The notes under the pieces: generated by a model | Database searches by the model: none | What the model was told of the DNA's origin: nothing | What the model saw: only the letters and a program-made list of their open reading frames with translations | Part shown: positions 63,344 through 64,000 of the stretch, in pieces | How positions within the stretch are numbered: position 1 is the first letter of the stretch | How the letters are laid out: the number at the start of each line of letters is the position of its first letter | Translations under genes and position numbers: made by a program | NCBI GenBank assembly: GCA_030390025.1 | Contig: CM059432.1 | Location: forward strand, 141,796,001-141,860,000 | Direction of reading: 5' to 3' | DNA length: 64,000 nt | DNA from: Squalus acanthias | Lineage: Eukaryota

Positions 63344-64000
63344 GGCAAATATTCCACTGGCACTTGTCAACCCATATTAGGAGTATACAATTCAATAAAC
63401 CAAGACTTTGGCTGAGTTTTGAAAAAAAAAAGACATGAAGCAGCTTGTTTGTTTGTTGAAGTAACAGGGGCCAGGACACACTCGTGTCTCAACAAACTCA
63501 TGCCTAGCAGGCCCGATAGCACCCTCACAACCCCCTTTATATGAGCAGTCACTTGTGAACATAAATAATCAGTCCATGTTGTAAAAGTTGCAAAGAGAGT
63601 TGATTTCCCATTGCACACGTAGAGGAGTCCGTTCATGGCCAACTTTATGCATGTGAAAATTCTGTGAAAACAATTTCCAGGATATACGTTTCGCTTTTAC
63701 GGACTGACAGCACAAATAGAACATTTTAAAGGTGGATTGCATTCCCATTCTCTTCCTAAATTCCATCAAGGAGGGAGTCGCTCCCTCAAAAATAATTACT
63801 TCTGTAAATCATTTTAATGCACATCAGATGCCACCGTATTTTGTCCAGTGTCTTAAAACTTTAAATATCAGCAATGTGATTGTGTTTGTTTAAACTTGAT
63901 TACACAGGGGGTAAAAGCTGTACAGGAAGGCCACTACACATAGAAAAACACATAGAATGGATATGGTTAGAACAGATATTTGGATTACATCACCCGAACT

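Noticed and set aside
61022..64000. Search for the preceding ANO10 exon (FPLHD-containing)
   Set aside because: No matching translation found; it is presumably beyond the window. ORFs at 61988-62429 and 63367-63769 have no recognisable homology.

Overview
Eukaryotic, repeat-dense vertebrate DNA. The DeuSINE/CR1/L2/Penelope repeat mix points to a cartilaginous fish (inference). The whole window lies inside one minus-strand gene, ANO10 (anoctamin-10/TMEM16K). Six complete internal coding exons (60452-61021, 49987-50042, 46852-46926, 41145-41327, 21349-21540, 13455-13583) and the start of a seventh (1-30) have canonical AG/GT splice sites and join in one open frame. The introns hold nested mobile elements: many CR1 LINE fragments (one near full length, with an esterase-type ORF1), L2 and RTE LINE fragments, Deu-domain SINEs, two Penelope-like elements, PIF/Harbinger-derived elements, hAT-type MITEs, a nearly intact Tigger/pogo transposon and several tandem repeats, including a 3.7-kb G-rich purine tract. 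The three most notable observations: (1) a 192-bp TIR element with a perfect 8-bp TSD that has captured a coding fragment of the host gene ARL3, with an apparently empty relative elsewhere in the window; (2) a Penelope element with inverted pseudo-LTRs carrying a minimal hammerhead ribozyme motif on the ANO10 sense strand; (3) a Tigger with perfect TIRs whose transposase is broken only by one base in an A-run. Nothing prokaryote-like (CRISPR etc.) is present. TE boundaries without a stated TIR/TSD are approximate.
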